The notes under the pieces were generated by a model, which ran no database searches, had not been told where the DNA came from, and saw nothing but the letters and a program-made list of their open reading frames with translations. Source: the human T2T-CHM13v2.0 reference genome, Homo sapiens. Taken from it: a stretch of DNA of 64,000 bases. The position numbers and the translations under genes are program-made. This document shows, piece by piece, positions 37,066 through 54,637 of the stretch (within the stretch, counting starts at the first letter, position 1; each line of letters starts with the position of its first letter). The stretch is from the NCBI RefSeq assembly GCF_009914755.1, contig NC_060947.1; one strand, given 5' to 3'.

Positions 37066-37143
37066 TTAAAGCCTGCTTGCTGTGGGAGACTTTTCAGTAT
37101 TCAAACTTTTATATTTAAGTACAATTTTTGATGATGTTGTGTC

Positions 37144-37444
37144 TTTTTTTTTTTGAAATGGGGGTCTTGTTCTGTCACCCAGGCTAGAAAGAAGTGGTGC
37201 CATCACAGCTCACTGCAGCCTTGACATCCTGGGGGCAAGCAATCCTCCCACCTCAGCCTCCAGACCAGCTAAAATCACAGGCGTGTGCCACCATGCTCAG
37301 CTAATATGTTTGTTTGTTTGTTTTGTAGAGACGAGGTATCACTATGTTGTCCAGGGTGGTCTTGAACTCTTGAACTCAAGAAATCCTCCTGCCTTAGTCT
37401 CCCAAAGTGCTAGGATTACAGACGTGCGTTACCGTGTGCAACCT
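37144..37444 (-). mobile_element. Old Alu (J-like)
   Basis: Degenerate Alu consensus. Confidence 0.85.
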
Positions 37445-38195
37445 GATATTTTATCTGACAATGGTAGGGAGGGGCCAGAAGAGTCAGGGAGAGGGAGATG
37501 GAGACAGAAAGGAAAAGGAATAAAGAGAGAGAGAGAGAGACAAGGAGAGAGAGACTGATGGAAATTCTTTTTCCACCAACCGAGAAGAGAAGCAGCATCC
37601 CATCAGAGGGGGTTGATCCAAGCCATCTACTGTATTAGTTCATGAGAAATGACTGGCTGTAACACATGAGCCCTGGAATTTCTGTGGCTTAACAATTAAA
37701 TAATTATTTCTCACTCATCCAGTTGTCCAGTGTAAGACTTAGGGACCCCTGAGCAGGCGGCCAGCTCTCAGCAAAGACAGCACAGTACCAGGGAAGGGTC
37801 ACAGGAATTTTGGCACATGGCCAGCTGGTTCCACTGCACCTGCCCAGGGACGCTGGTCTCCAGGCTCCTGGCTTCTCAGCCTCAGCACAGATGTCTGCAT
37901 CCCCAGAATTTTAAGGGAGGCTGCTGGAAGCCGGGGCAGGAGGTGGGATGAGAATGAAGCTTTTCAGAGCAGAGACCATAACAGACCAATTTTCAAATTG
38001 TCTGAAAATGGAGCATGACCCAAATTCTTAGGAGACTCTAGGGAGGAGAGGGAACCGCAATAATAGCCGACATCACATTTCCCAGGGGAGTGGAGTCTAA
38101 GAGTCAGATTTGAGTCCGTTTAGATTGAAATTGGAAAGATACAGAGATGGAAGAGTCTGATGTTTCCTCAAAAGGTTAACCGAAGACATACCATA

Positions 38196-38538
38196 TGTAG
38201 TAGTTTGTTTTCACACTGCTGATAAAGACATACCCAAAATTGGGCAACTAACAGAAGAAAGAGAGGTTTAATGAACTTATAGTTCCATGTGGCTGGGGAG
38301 GCCTCACAATCATGGCAGAAGGCAAGGAGAAGCAAGTCACGTCTTACATGGATGGTAGCAGGCAAAGAGAGAGCTTGTGCAGGAAAACTCCCTTTTATAA
38401 AATCATCAGATCTCATGAGACTTATTCACTACCATGAGTACAGCATGGGAAAGACCTGTCCCCATGATTCAATTACCTCCCACAACACATGGGAATTCAA
38501 GATGAGATTTGGGTGGGGACACAGCCAAACCACATCAC
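38196..38538. mobile_element. THE1-family MaLR LTR inserted in an old L1 3' fragment (38170-38800)
   Basis: tgtagtagtttgttttcacactgctgataaagacatacc...gagatttgggtggggacacagccaaaccacatca. Confidence 0.85.
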
Positions 38539-38807
38539 CCTATGAGCCAGCAATTCTGCTTCTGGGCACATACTCAAGAGAAAAACGAGAACACGTGTCC
38601 ACCAAATAGCTTGTACATTTATACACGTAATGTTGATAGCTGCACTACTCAAAATAGCCAAAAAGTGAAGGTGACCCAAACGTCCCTCAGCCAATGAACG
38701 GATTTAACAAAATATGGCATATCCATACAGTGGAATGTGATTCAGGCAGAAAAAGGTTTCAAGTGCTGACACATGCTACAGTGTGGGTGAGCCTTACAAA
38801 CATACAC

Positions 38808-39140
38808 TGGCCAGGTGCAGTGGCTCCTTCCCGTAATCCCAACACATTGGGTGGCCAAGGCAGGTGGATTCCTGGAGGCCTGGAGTTTGAGACCAGCCTG
38901 GTCAACACGGTGAAACCCCATCTCTACTAAAAGGAAAATGCAAAAATTAGCCAGGTGCGGTGGTGCACACCTGTACTCCCAGCTACTCGGGAGGCTGGGG
39001 CACGAGAATTGGTTTAGCCTGGGAGATGGAGGTTGTAGTGTGCAGTGAGCCAAAATCATGTCACTGCACTCCAGCCTGGGTGACAGAGAGTGAGACTCTG
39101 TCTCAAACAAACAAACAAAAACAAAAACAAAAAAAAAACC
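38808..39140 (+). mobile_element. Alu
   Basis: Alu consensus. Confidence 0.9.
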
Positions 39141-40511
39141 AAAAAAGCCCACTAACCCTAATGATTGCTGATGAGCTTTTTATAAAAATCGCAATCTTGG
39201 TCTCCTAAGTCATATTTTGGGTGGCGTATCTTGGTCTCCTAAGTCATATTTTGGGTGGCATATCTCGGTATCTTATAGGACATTCCTTTAGGTATTGCTC
39301 ATTCACCCAAGGTGGCAGATTCCTATGGATTCCATCATAAATCAAGGACATGAATGAAGCCAATATTCTGTTCCCTCCCATTATGAATAAGCATCATAAA
39401 CAAGACACAGGAAAAACCATGTTTTGGCTCACGCTTTCCATAGAACTCCCATAGCCCTGAAATAGTCTGCTTTATTCATAGCAATGTGCCACCAGGACAT
39501 ACTTGTTTATTCCTTGCAGAAATTAAGGGTAATGACAACCACTTTCAGTTTAGCATACCATTTTGAGCATGTAACTGAAAAGTGCATTCACTGTATCTCC
39601 AAAAATAATGATATACATGCATATTTGTTTCTTGCAAACAAATATAAGTGCTCACACTATATCTCCAAAATGATATGCATGCATATTTTTTTCTTGCAAA
39701 CAAAGTGCTCACGCTATATCTCCAAAATAATGATATGCATGCATATTTGTTTCTTGATAGGACAGATGTAAATATTTATGTGTGCTAAGATGTGGGGGAC
39801 ATTGAAAGGCTGCTGGGGTTTTTGCAGGCCCCTTAGAAGTGTTGCATGTGTTAAGAAGATGGGAAATACCCTCTTCCATAATTTATGGATGCTAACTACA
39901 TTCTCTAGCTCCCTTTCAGAGCCTGTCAGATACAAATGTAAAATTGTGTTTCCTCTCTCCCCATTATTTTTCCATGGATGTCATTTAGGAAATGAAAACG
40001 AACTCATGAGGACATGAGGATTGGATTGGATTCGACCACGAGAGTGATGGAGGGGTTTCAACAAAGTTCACCAAACTCCAGGCTCTTCATGGTGTCTGTC
40101 CACATGATTCAAAGTGTGACACACCCAGGCTTCCCGGAATTTAATTGACAGGTAACGTTTCAACATGTTTTCTGGAAGCACAGAAAGTCTAGATTTCAAG
40201 GAGGTGACTCTTTTCTCCCCAAAGCAGACCTTGAGACCGTGATTTTACCGCAAAGCTTTTGTGTTTGGGGAGGGTGGGCGGGGGTGAGTCCCAGGGAGCA
40301 GTGGGAGGGGAGAGGGAGTGAAGACAGAGAGTGGAAGATATTATCAGGCCAGTGACTGCAATGAGAGCTTGGAGACTCAGGGTCATCCCACCGGAAGAGT
40401 GAGGAAGGCCGGGGTCTTTTTCTGTCGTTTCCCAACATGTGTTGGCTGAGGTTGCTTCCAGGATGGGGGCATATGCTAGTTTTCTTGCACTTCCAATCTG
40501 CTCAATGGGTG

Positions 40512-40922
40512 GTGTATTCAGCTCTTCTTGTACTGCTATAAAGAAATACCTGAGAATGGGTAATTGATAAAGAAGAGAGGTTTAATCGGCTCACAGTTCT
40601 GCAGGCTGGACAGGAAGCCTGACTGGGGAAGCCTCAGGAAACTTACAATTATGGCAGAAGGCAAAGGGCAAGCAGGTGCATCTTACATGGTTAGAACAGG
40701 AGCAGGAGAGAGAGTGAGAAGGGAGGTGCCACACACTATTAAACAACTTGATCTTGTGAGAAATCACTCACTAGCATGAGAACAGCACCAAGAAGAGGAT
40801 GCTAGACCATTCATGAAAAAGCACCCCCATGACCGAACCATCTCCCAATGGGCCCCAGCTCCAACGTTGGGGATTACAATTTGACATAACATTTGGGTGG
40901 GAACACAGATCCAAACCTTAGC
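40512..40922. mobile_element. MSTA-type MaLR LTR
   Basis: ctgctataaagaaatacctgagaatgggtaatt...atttgggtgggaacacagatccaaacc. Confidence 0.85.
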
Positions 40923-41324
40923 AGGTGGGAAAGCAGGCTCAAGGGATAAGAGAATGGCATTGGGAAAATGATCACGTGTCTTGGCACCCAGAGGTTGGAC
41001 CATCTTGCACTGACTGACAGTGTTGAGGAGGTAAAGTCCACGCCATATTGGTGAACTCCAGGAACGTGCTTCATTTTTTTTTTTGCAAGCAAGCAACAGC
41101 ATCTTTTATATCTAAGCAGCAAGACAAGCTGCCATCTTGTTTATCAATAGATCTAACATCTGAGTTGAATGTCTCCTATGAATTCCTACATCTCCTATCT
41201 GTGTGTCTATGAGAATAGCCAAGTTGCCTCTTTGCCTTGAAAGGAAAGGATGGATGGAAAAGAGTTTGAACACTCCAGGTTTGCTGGAGGGAGTGATGAC
41301 ATCTGAACAGGAGAGGAGTCAAAG

Positions 41325-42707
<1,383 letters not shown>

Positions 42708-43039
42708 TCACAAGCTAACTGCATTTGCTCATTCCTACAAATAGGTCAAGCTAATCATGAATTCAGTTTACAGTTTAACTTTAAAGCAAGAATGATCATA
42801 GTCCCTTCCCAAAAATAACCCCCGAGGGGATCAGGAGGATGTGCGCAGAAGGAACAATGTTATGTCAAACATTTATAAGAGCACTGTGACCTGACCAAGG
42901 ATGAGGAAGTTCCACAAGGCCCCTTGGACCATAATAGCCGCCCAGATGTCTGTGGTCATTGCTCACCTCTTGCCCTCTACCACCCTCCCTCTCCCCCTGG
43001 CATAAAAGCAGCCTAAAATTCTATTAAGATGGTTCTTTC

Positions 43040-43481
43040 AACCCAAATGCCCATCAGTGATAGACTGGATAAAGAATATGTAGCACATATACACCATGGA
43101 ATACTATGCAGCCGTAAAAAAGAATGAGTTCATGTCCTTTGCAGGGACATGGATGAAGCCGGAAACCATCATTCTCGGCAAACTAACACAGCAACAGAAA
43201 ACCAACCACCACATGTTCTCACTCATAAGTGGGAGCTGAACAATGAGAACACATAGACACAGGGAGGGGAACATCACACACCGGGGCCTGTTGCAGGGTG
43301 GGGGGCAAGGGGAGGGACAGCATTAGGACAAATACCTAATGCCTGCGGGGCTTAAAACCTAGATGATGGGTTCACAGGTACAGCAAACCACCGTGGCACA
43401 TGCATACCTATGTAACAAACCTGCACATTCTGCACGTGTGTCCCAGAACTTAAAGTATAATAATAAATTAAAAAAAAAAAA
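43040..43481 (+). mobile_element. 5'-truncated L1PA 3' end inserted in an older LTR-like element (~42650-43590)
   Basis: atggaatactatgcagcc...agaacttaaagtataataataa plus A tail; TSD aagatgg.t.ttt. Confidence 0.9.
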
Positions 43482-43829
43482 GATGGCTTTTTAGGACAGC
43501 AGTCTTCTGTCTTCTTGACTTGCTGGTTCTTCAAAATAAAGTTGCTGTCCTTACCTTCACACCTTGTGTCTAGACTTACTGGCTATCACGCAATGTGTGG
43601 AGGGAGCTTTAGACGCGACGACAGGATGGTGAAGGGGGTGGTCACACGTGGAAGGAGACAGAAGGAAAGGTGCAGAGAACTGGGCAAGGCACTTGGCACA
43701 GCTGACCATTTTGTGTGATTCTGGGACAGAGAGAAGTGATGGTAGGTAATCTCCCAAAACTGTTCAGCAGCTGAGAGACCTGCTCCTTCCCCCAGCCGGC
43801 TCCGAGGAGCTGCATTTCTGCACAATGTA

Positions 43830-45154
<1,325 letters not shown>

Positions 45155-45214
45155 TTATCTCAAAATATATTTCTTTAATATATTGGGGAATACTCCTGAA
45201 ATGCTATCTTTCCA

Positions 45215-46345
<1,131 letters not shown>

Positions 46346-46639
46346 AGAAACACTGTCTTTTGTGGGGGACCTTGCGTCTGTCGATCTGCAGAGGGTCTCC
46401 TGTAAGGCAGCCAACTCTTCTCTTGTCCGGATCTAGGAGAGATTAACTGAGAGTATGGTGCCTTTAAAGACCTGAAAAGAAATATTCAGCATCTCTTCTC
46501 TCTGGGGGCTGCTACCTGTGAAGCTGCATGTACATAACAAGCCCACTTTTGCTAGGAAAGCCTTTTCCTTTCTCCTTCCTATAACCTGTCTTGCAGCTAA
46601 AACCTGGTTTTGGCTGGACTCTGAGTCTGCATTCTTGTT

Positions 46640-47158
<519 letters not shown>

Positions 47159-47624
47159 TTAGGGAGTAGATTAGGCTGTTCCTGGTGTGTGTTACCAGAG
47201 ATTCTGAAATATTCCTCGGTCGAATGCCTCCAAGAGTGATGTAGTCAACCACAAACCTCCCCCATCTGTTATATCTCCTTGTCTTGTCCCCCCAGATTGT
47301 TTTCTCATTGCTTTGCTTTTCCTGATGGGGTTCAGAAAACATTCCACCAAAATATGGAACTGTGGCATTTGAGAAAACAATTTAAGTAAGAAGGTCACTT
47401 TCACCTTACCCTCATGGTTCTTCTTTAGCATAGGCCATAAAACCTCGGAAGGACTCTCTGACCTTACCCTGAAGCAGGTCAGGGGACCCTCATTCCAGAG
47501 GCGCCCTCCCTATACCAGGAGGAAGAGAATATCCTTAACTCTGAACATGCAGGGACACAGAAGAATCTGAACAAACAGGCCCTGCTAAGTTCCCGCAGTT
47601 TATTCTCATTAGATCAGATCCTTT

Positions 47625-48173
47625 TGCCAGAGGCATGTAAAACAGAGCCACTCCATCTTGAATAGGAGCTGGGTAAAATGAGGCTAAAACCTACTTGGCT
47701 GAATTCCCAGATGGTTAAGGCATTCTAAGTCACAGGATGAGATAGGAGGTTGGTACAAGATACAGGTGATAAAGACCTTGCTGATAAAACAGGTTGCAGT
47801 AAAGAAGCCAGCCAAAACCCACCAAAACCAAGATGGCCACAACAGTGACCTCTGGTCGTCCTCACTGCTACACTCCTACCAGCACCATGACAGTTTACAG
47901 ATGCCATGGCAACGTCAGGAAGTTACCCTACATGGTCTAAAAAGGGGAGGCATGAATAATCCACCCCCCATTTAGCATATCATCAAGAAATAACCATAAA
48001 AATGGGCAACCAGGAGCCCTCGGGGCTGCTCTATGGAGTAGCCATTCTTTATTCCTTTTGTTTCCTAATAAACTTGCTTTCACTTTACTCTATGGACTCA
48101 CCCCGAATTCTTTCTTGCTTGAGATCCAAGAACCCTCTCTTGCGGTCTGGATTGGGACCCCATTCCTGTAACG
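47625..48173 (+). mobile_element. MER41A-like ERV1 solo LTR inserted in an older LTR (~47323-48600)
   Basis: tgccagaggc...cagagccactccatcttgaatagg start, cctgtaacg end, 4-bp TSD CTTT, internal AATAAA. Confidence 0.8.
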
Positions 48174-48234
48174 CTTTTGTCCAATAGTCATACTTCTCCA
48201 TCACTGTCCACTCTTCATTAAAAGTAAGCATATC

Positions 48235-48435
48235 ACATCTGTAATCCCAGCACTTTGGGAGCCAAGGTGGGTGGATCAACTGAGGTCAGGAGTTCGAAAC
48301 CAGCCTGGCCAACATGGTAAGAGTCGCTTGAACTCAGGAGGTGGAGGTTGCAATGAGCTGAGATCCCGTCACTGCACTCCAGCCTGGGTGACAGAGTGAG
48401 ATTCCGTCTCAAAAACAAACAAACAAACAAACAAA
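48235..48435 (+). mobile_element. Alu with internal deletion
   Basis: Alu consensus. Confidence 0.9.
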
Positions 48436-49165
48436 AAACCAGAAAACCTAAGCGTAAAAATACTCAGATTTTCCTGTTTCTTTCTTTATGATGGCTTCTG
48501 TGTCACGTAAAACCTAAATACATGGGCCTGCTTTTCTCTTGCTATTGTCTTTTGTTCTAGGGGCCTTAGTCATGAACCCAATGATGGGTGAGGAAATATA
48601 TTTCTCTCTCACTGCTACCCTGCCATTACGACAGGCCACAGGCAGCACTTCCAGCTGCTCCGTGGATGTGCTGCAACTTGAATTTGAACTTATTTCAAGT
48701 TCTTTGCCTTCAGAATGGTCAGGAATAGAGCCCATCTTCCAGGTGAACCACAGCCCCATCATGTCAACAGGTTTAGACGCAATGACATTGGAGAGGCTTG
48801 ACTGCTGAAAGTGAAGAAGGAAAGTGCTTCCTAGGATAGAGTTTGTAAAGGAGCTTAAATCAGTGATGTCTTCTTGCGTCCGGTCCATGCCAATGCGCAA
48901 TTTCATTTTGTTTCCCTCTTTACAGAAGAGGCTGGTCCCTGACTCTCTGGAACTGTATGCATGAGATGTTTCTCCTGAATCTACAGAGACGTAAATCCCC
49001 ATGACTCAAAGACAGAATCTGTGAAATTTTACTGTCTGATCTGGGAACAGTTTTTAGGATGTCATTGTCATCTGTTGATTGGATTTTGAGTTGACCCCCA
49101 AAAGTTCAGATAAAAAACATGTGTCTCAGCAGATCTGGTAGGCTGTGCCCCTCTTCTTCTTCTTC

Positions 49166-49538
<373 letters not shown>

Positions 49539-49944
49539 TGAAAAGACGCATACACAGGCTCACACACTAAGTTATTGCCAAATTAATTATTGCTGTAAAA
49601 ATGCTTTGCACCACTGAGGGGGCACAGACCATGAAATTTCCAATGTATGAACTCTAGGCTACCAAATACTGTTTACCTTTGGGCGCTGTGAACCCCGAGG
49701 AAAATTCCAGTGATTTGGGGGCAGTCACAAGGCAAAGTGGTCCAAATGGCCTGAACTCAAAATCAAAGAGCCCTTCGTTTTGATCCCAGTCCACTGCTAA
49801 TGAACTCTATGGCCCTGTGTTGTTTTCTTATCAGCAGACGTGAGCTAATAAGTCCAATATCCATGTATCACAATTGTTTCCCAATGAATGAACACACAGA
49901 AAGTTACACAATACAAAAATGTCAGGTAAAAATTTACTTGTTTG

Positions 49945-50598
49945 TCCATCAATCCATCTATTCACTCATCCATCCACTCATCCATCTATTCTTCTTCTAC
50001 CCACCCATCTATCCAGCTATCTATCCGTCTGTCCACTTATCTATCCATCCATCCATTCGTCCATCCATCCATCCATCCATCCACCCACTCATCTATCTCT
50101 ACCCATCCATCCAGCCAGCCAGTAATCTGTCCACCCATCTATCCATCCATCCACCCACCCACCCACCCATCTCTCTCTACCCCTCCAGCCACCCAGTAAT
50201 CTGTCCATCCACCTATCCTTCCAACCATCCATCCACCCACCCATCCACCCACTTATCTATCTGTCCATCTATCCATAGATCAATCCGTCTATCCCCCCTT
50301 TCATCCATCCATTTATTCATCTGTCCATTTATCCATTCCTCCACCCACCCATCCATTCATCCATTTATTCATCTATGTATCCATCCATTCATCCATCCAC
50401 CCAACTATCTATCCATCCAATCATCCACTCATCTTTCCATCCATCCACCCATTTATTCATTCATCCAGCCATCTATCTCTTTATCCATCCTTCCAGCAAG
50501 TGATCCATCCATTCACGCATCCAGATGGCTGTCTGTCCATTCATTCATCCATCCACCACTTCCTACCCCCAGACCCATCTATCCACCCATCATCCACT
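49945..50598 (+). repeat. (TCCA)n degenerate tetranucleotide repeat
   Basis: Direct inspection. Confidence 0.95.
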
Positions 50599-50925
50599 GA
50601 CTTCAAAAGCTTCATTTGATCGTCTGTGCAGCAGACATGGTGTGTGATGCTCTGACACCTCTTAAGTGCTTTGGTTGCCCACAAGAACCTCACGGGAGGT
50701 CTCTAAGTTGGGCTCAGACCTTGGTAATGAAAACCAGAAATAAAAGTGATTTAAAGAAAGCTGATAGAAACCTAACTTTAGCAAATGGTAAGATAAAAAT
50801 GTACTCCTTTGTCCTGTAAAAGAAGTTGGGAATGTGAGTCGGGCTGGCACAGCCGTCCTGCTGTATCATCAGCCACCCTGATACCTTTGCTCAACGTGTT
50901 CTGCCATGCTTAGAATACAACTTCT

Positions 50926-51246
<321 letters not shown>

Positions 51247-52211
51247 CTATCCTGTAGGAGACTTCCTGCTTCGAACTGGCTGCTGGGACTCCAGCCATCA
51301 CGTCATTATCCCAGGCAGGTTCAGGATGAAGCAAAGACCAAAAAAAAAAAAAAAAGAAAGAAAAAAGAAAAATGATTCTGCCTCCAGGAGTGGAGTGCAT
51401 AGTTAGACTGCTGCATTCCTCAAACCCCTGAGGTGGGCCCCAGGGTGCGGGGCCAGCCCCTCTGGCCTTGCCTGTGTCTGATCCAGGGGCACAGGTGGCC
51501 TGGGGAGAGACGGAGTCACCCGCAGGCCTGAGACAGCACAAGACCAGTGTTACCGAAGGGCCCCTGACGCAGCCTGCTGGGGTGAGTCGCCAAGGACCAG
51601 GACTCAGCCAGGCGACCCAGATAGGGGTCTTACCCCCAACCCCAAACCACGACCACAAGTCCTCACTCCCAACCCTGTCTCTGAGCTTGCGGCAGAACGT
51701 CCTTGGTCCCGCGCAGAGCGGGTATCCGCAGTGTGTCTCAAAGCCCCCCACCCCCGCCATCTTTCACCACTGAGCGCCCCCAGCTCGGACGCTCCAGAAA
51801 GGACCAGGGGCCGTGGCTGCCTGTCAAGGCCTACGCCTTTCTAAGCAGGGAGGGGATTGCACTTTGCACCCCTTGGGGATCGCCCTGAGCGCCCCGTGAG
51901 CAGCTGGAAGGGGGCCCCATAGTTTTCCGAGCAGAGGAGCAGGAAGAGTTTCATTTCCTCCCCGTTGGGGCTGCCTGGGGGGGGTGCCTGTTAGGAACAG
52001 AGAGGGGACAGCAAGGGCGGGCGCGGAGAGGCCCACACCTCTCCAAGAAGGGCAGCGGTTTCTCTTGGCTCCAGGTAGGGGCCGCCCTGGGGCGTGCATT
52101 TAAGGGGCTGTAGAGAGGGAGGGACCCGCACTTTCCCGAGAATGTTGGGGGTTGCACTTTGCTCTAGTTGGCGGCATCCTGGCGACGGGCTTGTGGGCGG
52201 GGGGCACTCAC

Positions 52212-52295
52212 AGTTTCCTGAGAAGGGAAGGAGGGCGTCCCGTGGTCCCCTCGGCGCGGCCCGAGCCACCTCCGCCCGCCCCCTCCTCTGTCCCC
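52212..52295 (-). ncRNA. Possible first exon of a divergent minus-strand lncRNA from the CD99P1 island
   Basis: Minus-strand donor ACT|GTGAGT at 52211 just upstream of the GC boxes; I recall a lncRNA (LINC03112) annotated on this side of CD99P1 but cannot verify it. Confidence 0.3.
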
Positions 52296-52296
52296 T

Positions 52297-52360
52297 CCCC
52301 GGGCCCGGCGTTCCCTCCCCTTCCGTGCGCCAGTGGAGGCCGGGGTGGGGCGGGGCGGGG
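52297..52360 (+). ncRNA. MIR6089: MIR6089 annotated hairpin (doubtful as a real miRNA)
   Basis: Contains GGAGGCCGGGGTGGGGCGGGGCGG (52335-52358), which I recognise as the mature miR-6089 sequence, preceded by a C-rich arm; recognised from memory. Confidence 0.7.
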
Positions 52361-52509
52361 CAGGCGCAGCCTGGGCTGAGTTTGCAGGGCTGCTCCCCTC
52401 ACCCAACCCCTTCGAGTCCTCCGCGGGCTCCGCCCCACCCGGCCCGTGGGGGAGGTTCCGTCCCGCCGCCTTCGCCCGCGCGCTGCACTCGCGGACGATC
52501 TCTGCTCGC

Positions 52510-52575
52510 CTTGGGCGCGGGGCCGTGCTGGCGCTGCGGCTCCTCGGCCTGCTCCGCCGTCTGGTGGCCGCCCCG
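52510..52575 (+). pseudogene. CD99P1: CD99P1 exon 1 coding remnant (signal peptide)
   Basis: Reads LGRGAVLALRLLGLLRRLVAAP versus CD99 MARGAALALLLFGLLGVLVAAP; no ATG; donor CCG|GTGAGC at 52576. Confidence 0.9.
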
Positions 52576-53339
52576 GTGAGCGAGCGGCGGGATCCGGGTG
52601 GGAGGACGCGGGGGGTGGCGCGGGCTGGGCCTGGGGATCCGCCTGGGGATGTGGGGTGCAGGGGCGGGGCGCCCCGCGGGGACACCCGGCCCCTCTTCCG
52701 TGCCCGGCGGGACGCGCTGTGCCCACGGGGACCCAGGTCCGGAGGAGGCGCCCACTTTCTCCCCAGCGCTCTTCCTGGGGCCAGGTGGGAGCCGTTTCAG
52801 AGGAAAAAGCCAGCGTTTCTTTCGTAAACCAAAAAGTATCTGGGACAAGTCCCAATCCTTTTGAGTTGATTCGGCGAAGATCAGGAAGGAGCCCGGGAGA
52901 CGGGTCTATGCCTTTCTCCAAAGATACTATTGAGAGCTTCGGTATTTAAAGGGGGAAAGCACGCTGGAGGGGAAAGAAGGAGGAAGGCTCATTTTACCGA
53001 ATTCACCTGTTGCAAAAGAAAAGCAGCAGGTAGAATAGTCAATTATGTATTTGTCTTGCGCTCACTAAATTGGCACTTTACTAAGATAAGGTCAACAGAG
53101 AGTTATTGCACTGTCTGCTTGGGAACAGAAGGAAAGACAGCTTCCTGCCTGACTCAGCTTCCAGCTTTATTATTATTATTATTAATTATTTTGGCAGAGT
53201 GAACTGGGGTTCCAAGTTTTAATTTTCCTTCTACAGTTTGCAGAATCGCAAACTCTTAAATTTAGGGGAACCTGGGGAAGAGGTGGCATCCGATTCCCCC
53301 CCAACCCTGGTGACGTTCTTATGGATCTTATGGATACTG

Positions 53340-53915
53340 CAGTCTCTCTTCTCTTTCTGTCTCTCCTCTCTTCTCTTTCCTTTCTCTCTCTCCTCTTCTC
53401 TCCCTCTTCCTCTCTCTCTCCTCTCCTCTCTCTCTCTTCTCTCCTGTTCCCTCTCTCTCTTCTCTCTCTTCTTTCTCTCGCTTTTCTCTCCTCACTCTCC
53501 TCTCTCCCTCTCTCTCCCCTCTTTCCTCTTTCTCTCGCCTCTCTCTCACCTCTCTCCTCTCTCCCCTTTTCTCTCTCTCCCCCTCTTCTCTCTCTCCCCC
53601 TCTTCTTTCTCTCCTTTTCTCTCTCGTCTCTCTCTCCTCTCCTCTCTCTCCTCTCTCTCTCCTCTCCTCTCTCTCCTCTTTTCTCTCTCCCATCTCTCTC
53701 TCTCCTGTCTCCTTCTCTCTTGTCTCTCGCCTTTCTCCTCTCTCTATCTCCTCACTCTCTCCTTCTCTCTCCTCTCTCTCTTGTCTCTCTCCCGCCTCTC
53801 TCATCTATCTCCTCTCTCTCTCCCCCCTCTCCTCCCTCTCCTCTTTCTCTCCTCTATCTCCTCTCTCCCCCTCTTTCTCTCTCCTCTCTCTCTCTTACTC
53901 CCTCTTTTTCTGTCT
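53340..53915 (+). repeat. Long (CT)-rich polypyrimidine tract
   Basis: About 570 bp almost purely C/T. Confidence 0.95.
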
Positions 53916-54089
53916 CATGCTCATCTTTTACTGTTTTCACCTGAGGGAAGAGTGATGAGAAGATAGGAATTCACGTTTTCTGAAGTATTTAGAAACGTGG
54001 GGCCGTGGTGTTTTCTCCACCTGTTTTTGGGTCATTCCTTCCTCATTTCTCAGAACATTGGTATTAACAGCTCATTTCCCTCCTTTAAG

Positions 54090-54132
54090 GGCTGACTTTG
54101 ACTTAGCGATGCCTTTCCTGATGGAGGAAACA
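54090..54132 (+). pseudogene. CD99P1: CD99 exon 4-like module, copy 1 (43 nt, frameshifted)
   Basis: tttaag|GGCTGACTTTGACTTAGCGATGCC...AAACA|gtgagt; DFDL motif; 2 nt shorter than copies 2 and 3. Confidence 0.85.
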
Positions 54133-54321
54133 GTGAGTAACTTTTTAAAGTCTCCTCTGTTGCTGACTTTGCTGATTGTCATTGAATTATTATCATTTTC
54201 AAGACATCTCTTTTGCGTGATAAATGGATTGAGTTTGGACAGTGGGAACATAGGAAGTATATGTGTTGTTTATTTTTGTTGTTGGATTTTTGATATATTT
54301 TTTTTTTGTTACCAGCATGCT

Positions 54322-54637
54322 GGTTTTTTTTTTTTTTTTTTTTTTTTGAAGTGTAGGTTCAGAGTCTCACTCTGTGGCCCAGGCTGGAGTGCGGTGGCGC
54401 GATCTCGGCTCACCGCAACCTCCGCCTCCTGGGCTTAAGCGATTCTCGTGCCTCAGCCTCCTGAGCATCTGGAATTACAGGCACCCACTACCACGCCCGG
54501 CTAATTTTTGTCTTTTTAGTAGGGGCTGGGTTTTGCCATGTGGAGCAGGCTGGTCTCTAACTCCTAAACTCAAGCTATGCACTCACCTTGGCCTCCCAAA
54601 GTGCTGGGATTATAGGTGCAAGCCATCACGCCCAGCC
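54322..54637 (-). mobile_element. Alu specific to CD99P1 unit 1
   Basis: Alu consensus; TSD ccag.atgctgg; absent at the homologous site in units 2 and 3. Confidence 0.95.

Larger units (their letters stand above)
51600..52900. promoter_or_regulatory. CpG island / promoter of CD99P1, probably bidirectional
   Basis: CpG-dense GC-rich block with GC boxes at 52341-52360; contains the CD99 exon 1 homologue. Confidence 0.85.

Noticed and set aside
48514-49002. 162-aa minus-strand ORF with ATG
   Set aside because: No recognisable domain or codon bias, and it runs into an LTR; treated as chance
49800-50600. 266-aa Ile/His/Pro/Ser ORF (and its counterpart at 2769-3293)
   Set aside because: Translations of (TCCA)n/(GATG)n simple repeats
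52094-52949. Overlapping 150-240 aa ORFs in the CD99P1 island
   Set aside because: GC-island artefacts; only the 22-codon CD99 signal-peptide remnant is meaningful, and it lacks an ATG
53238-53966. 242-aa Leu/Ser ORF resembling a membrane protein
   Set aside because: Translation of the CT tract, with no codon structure
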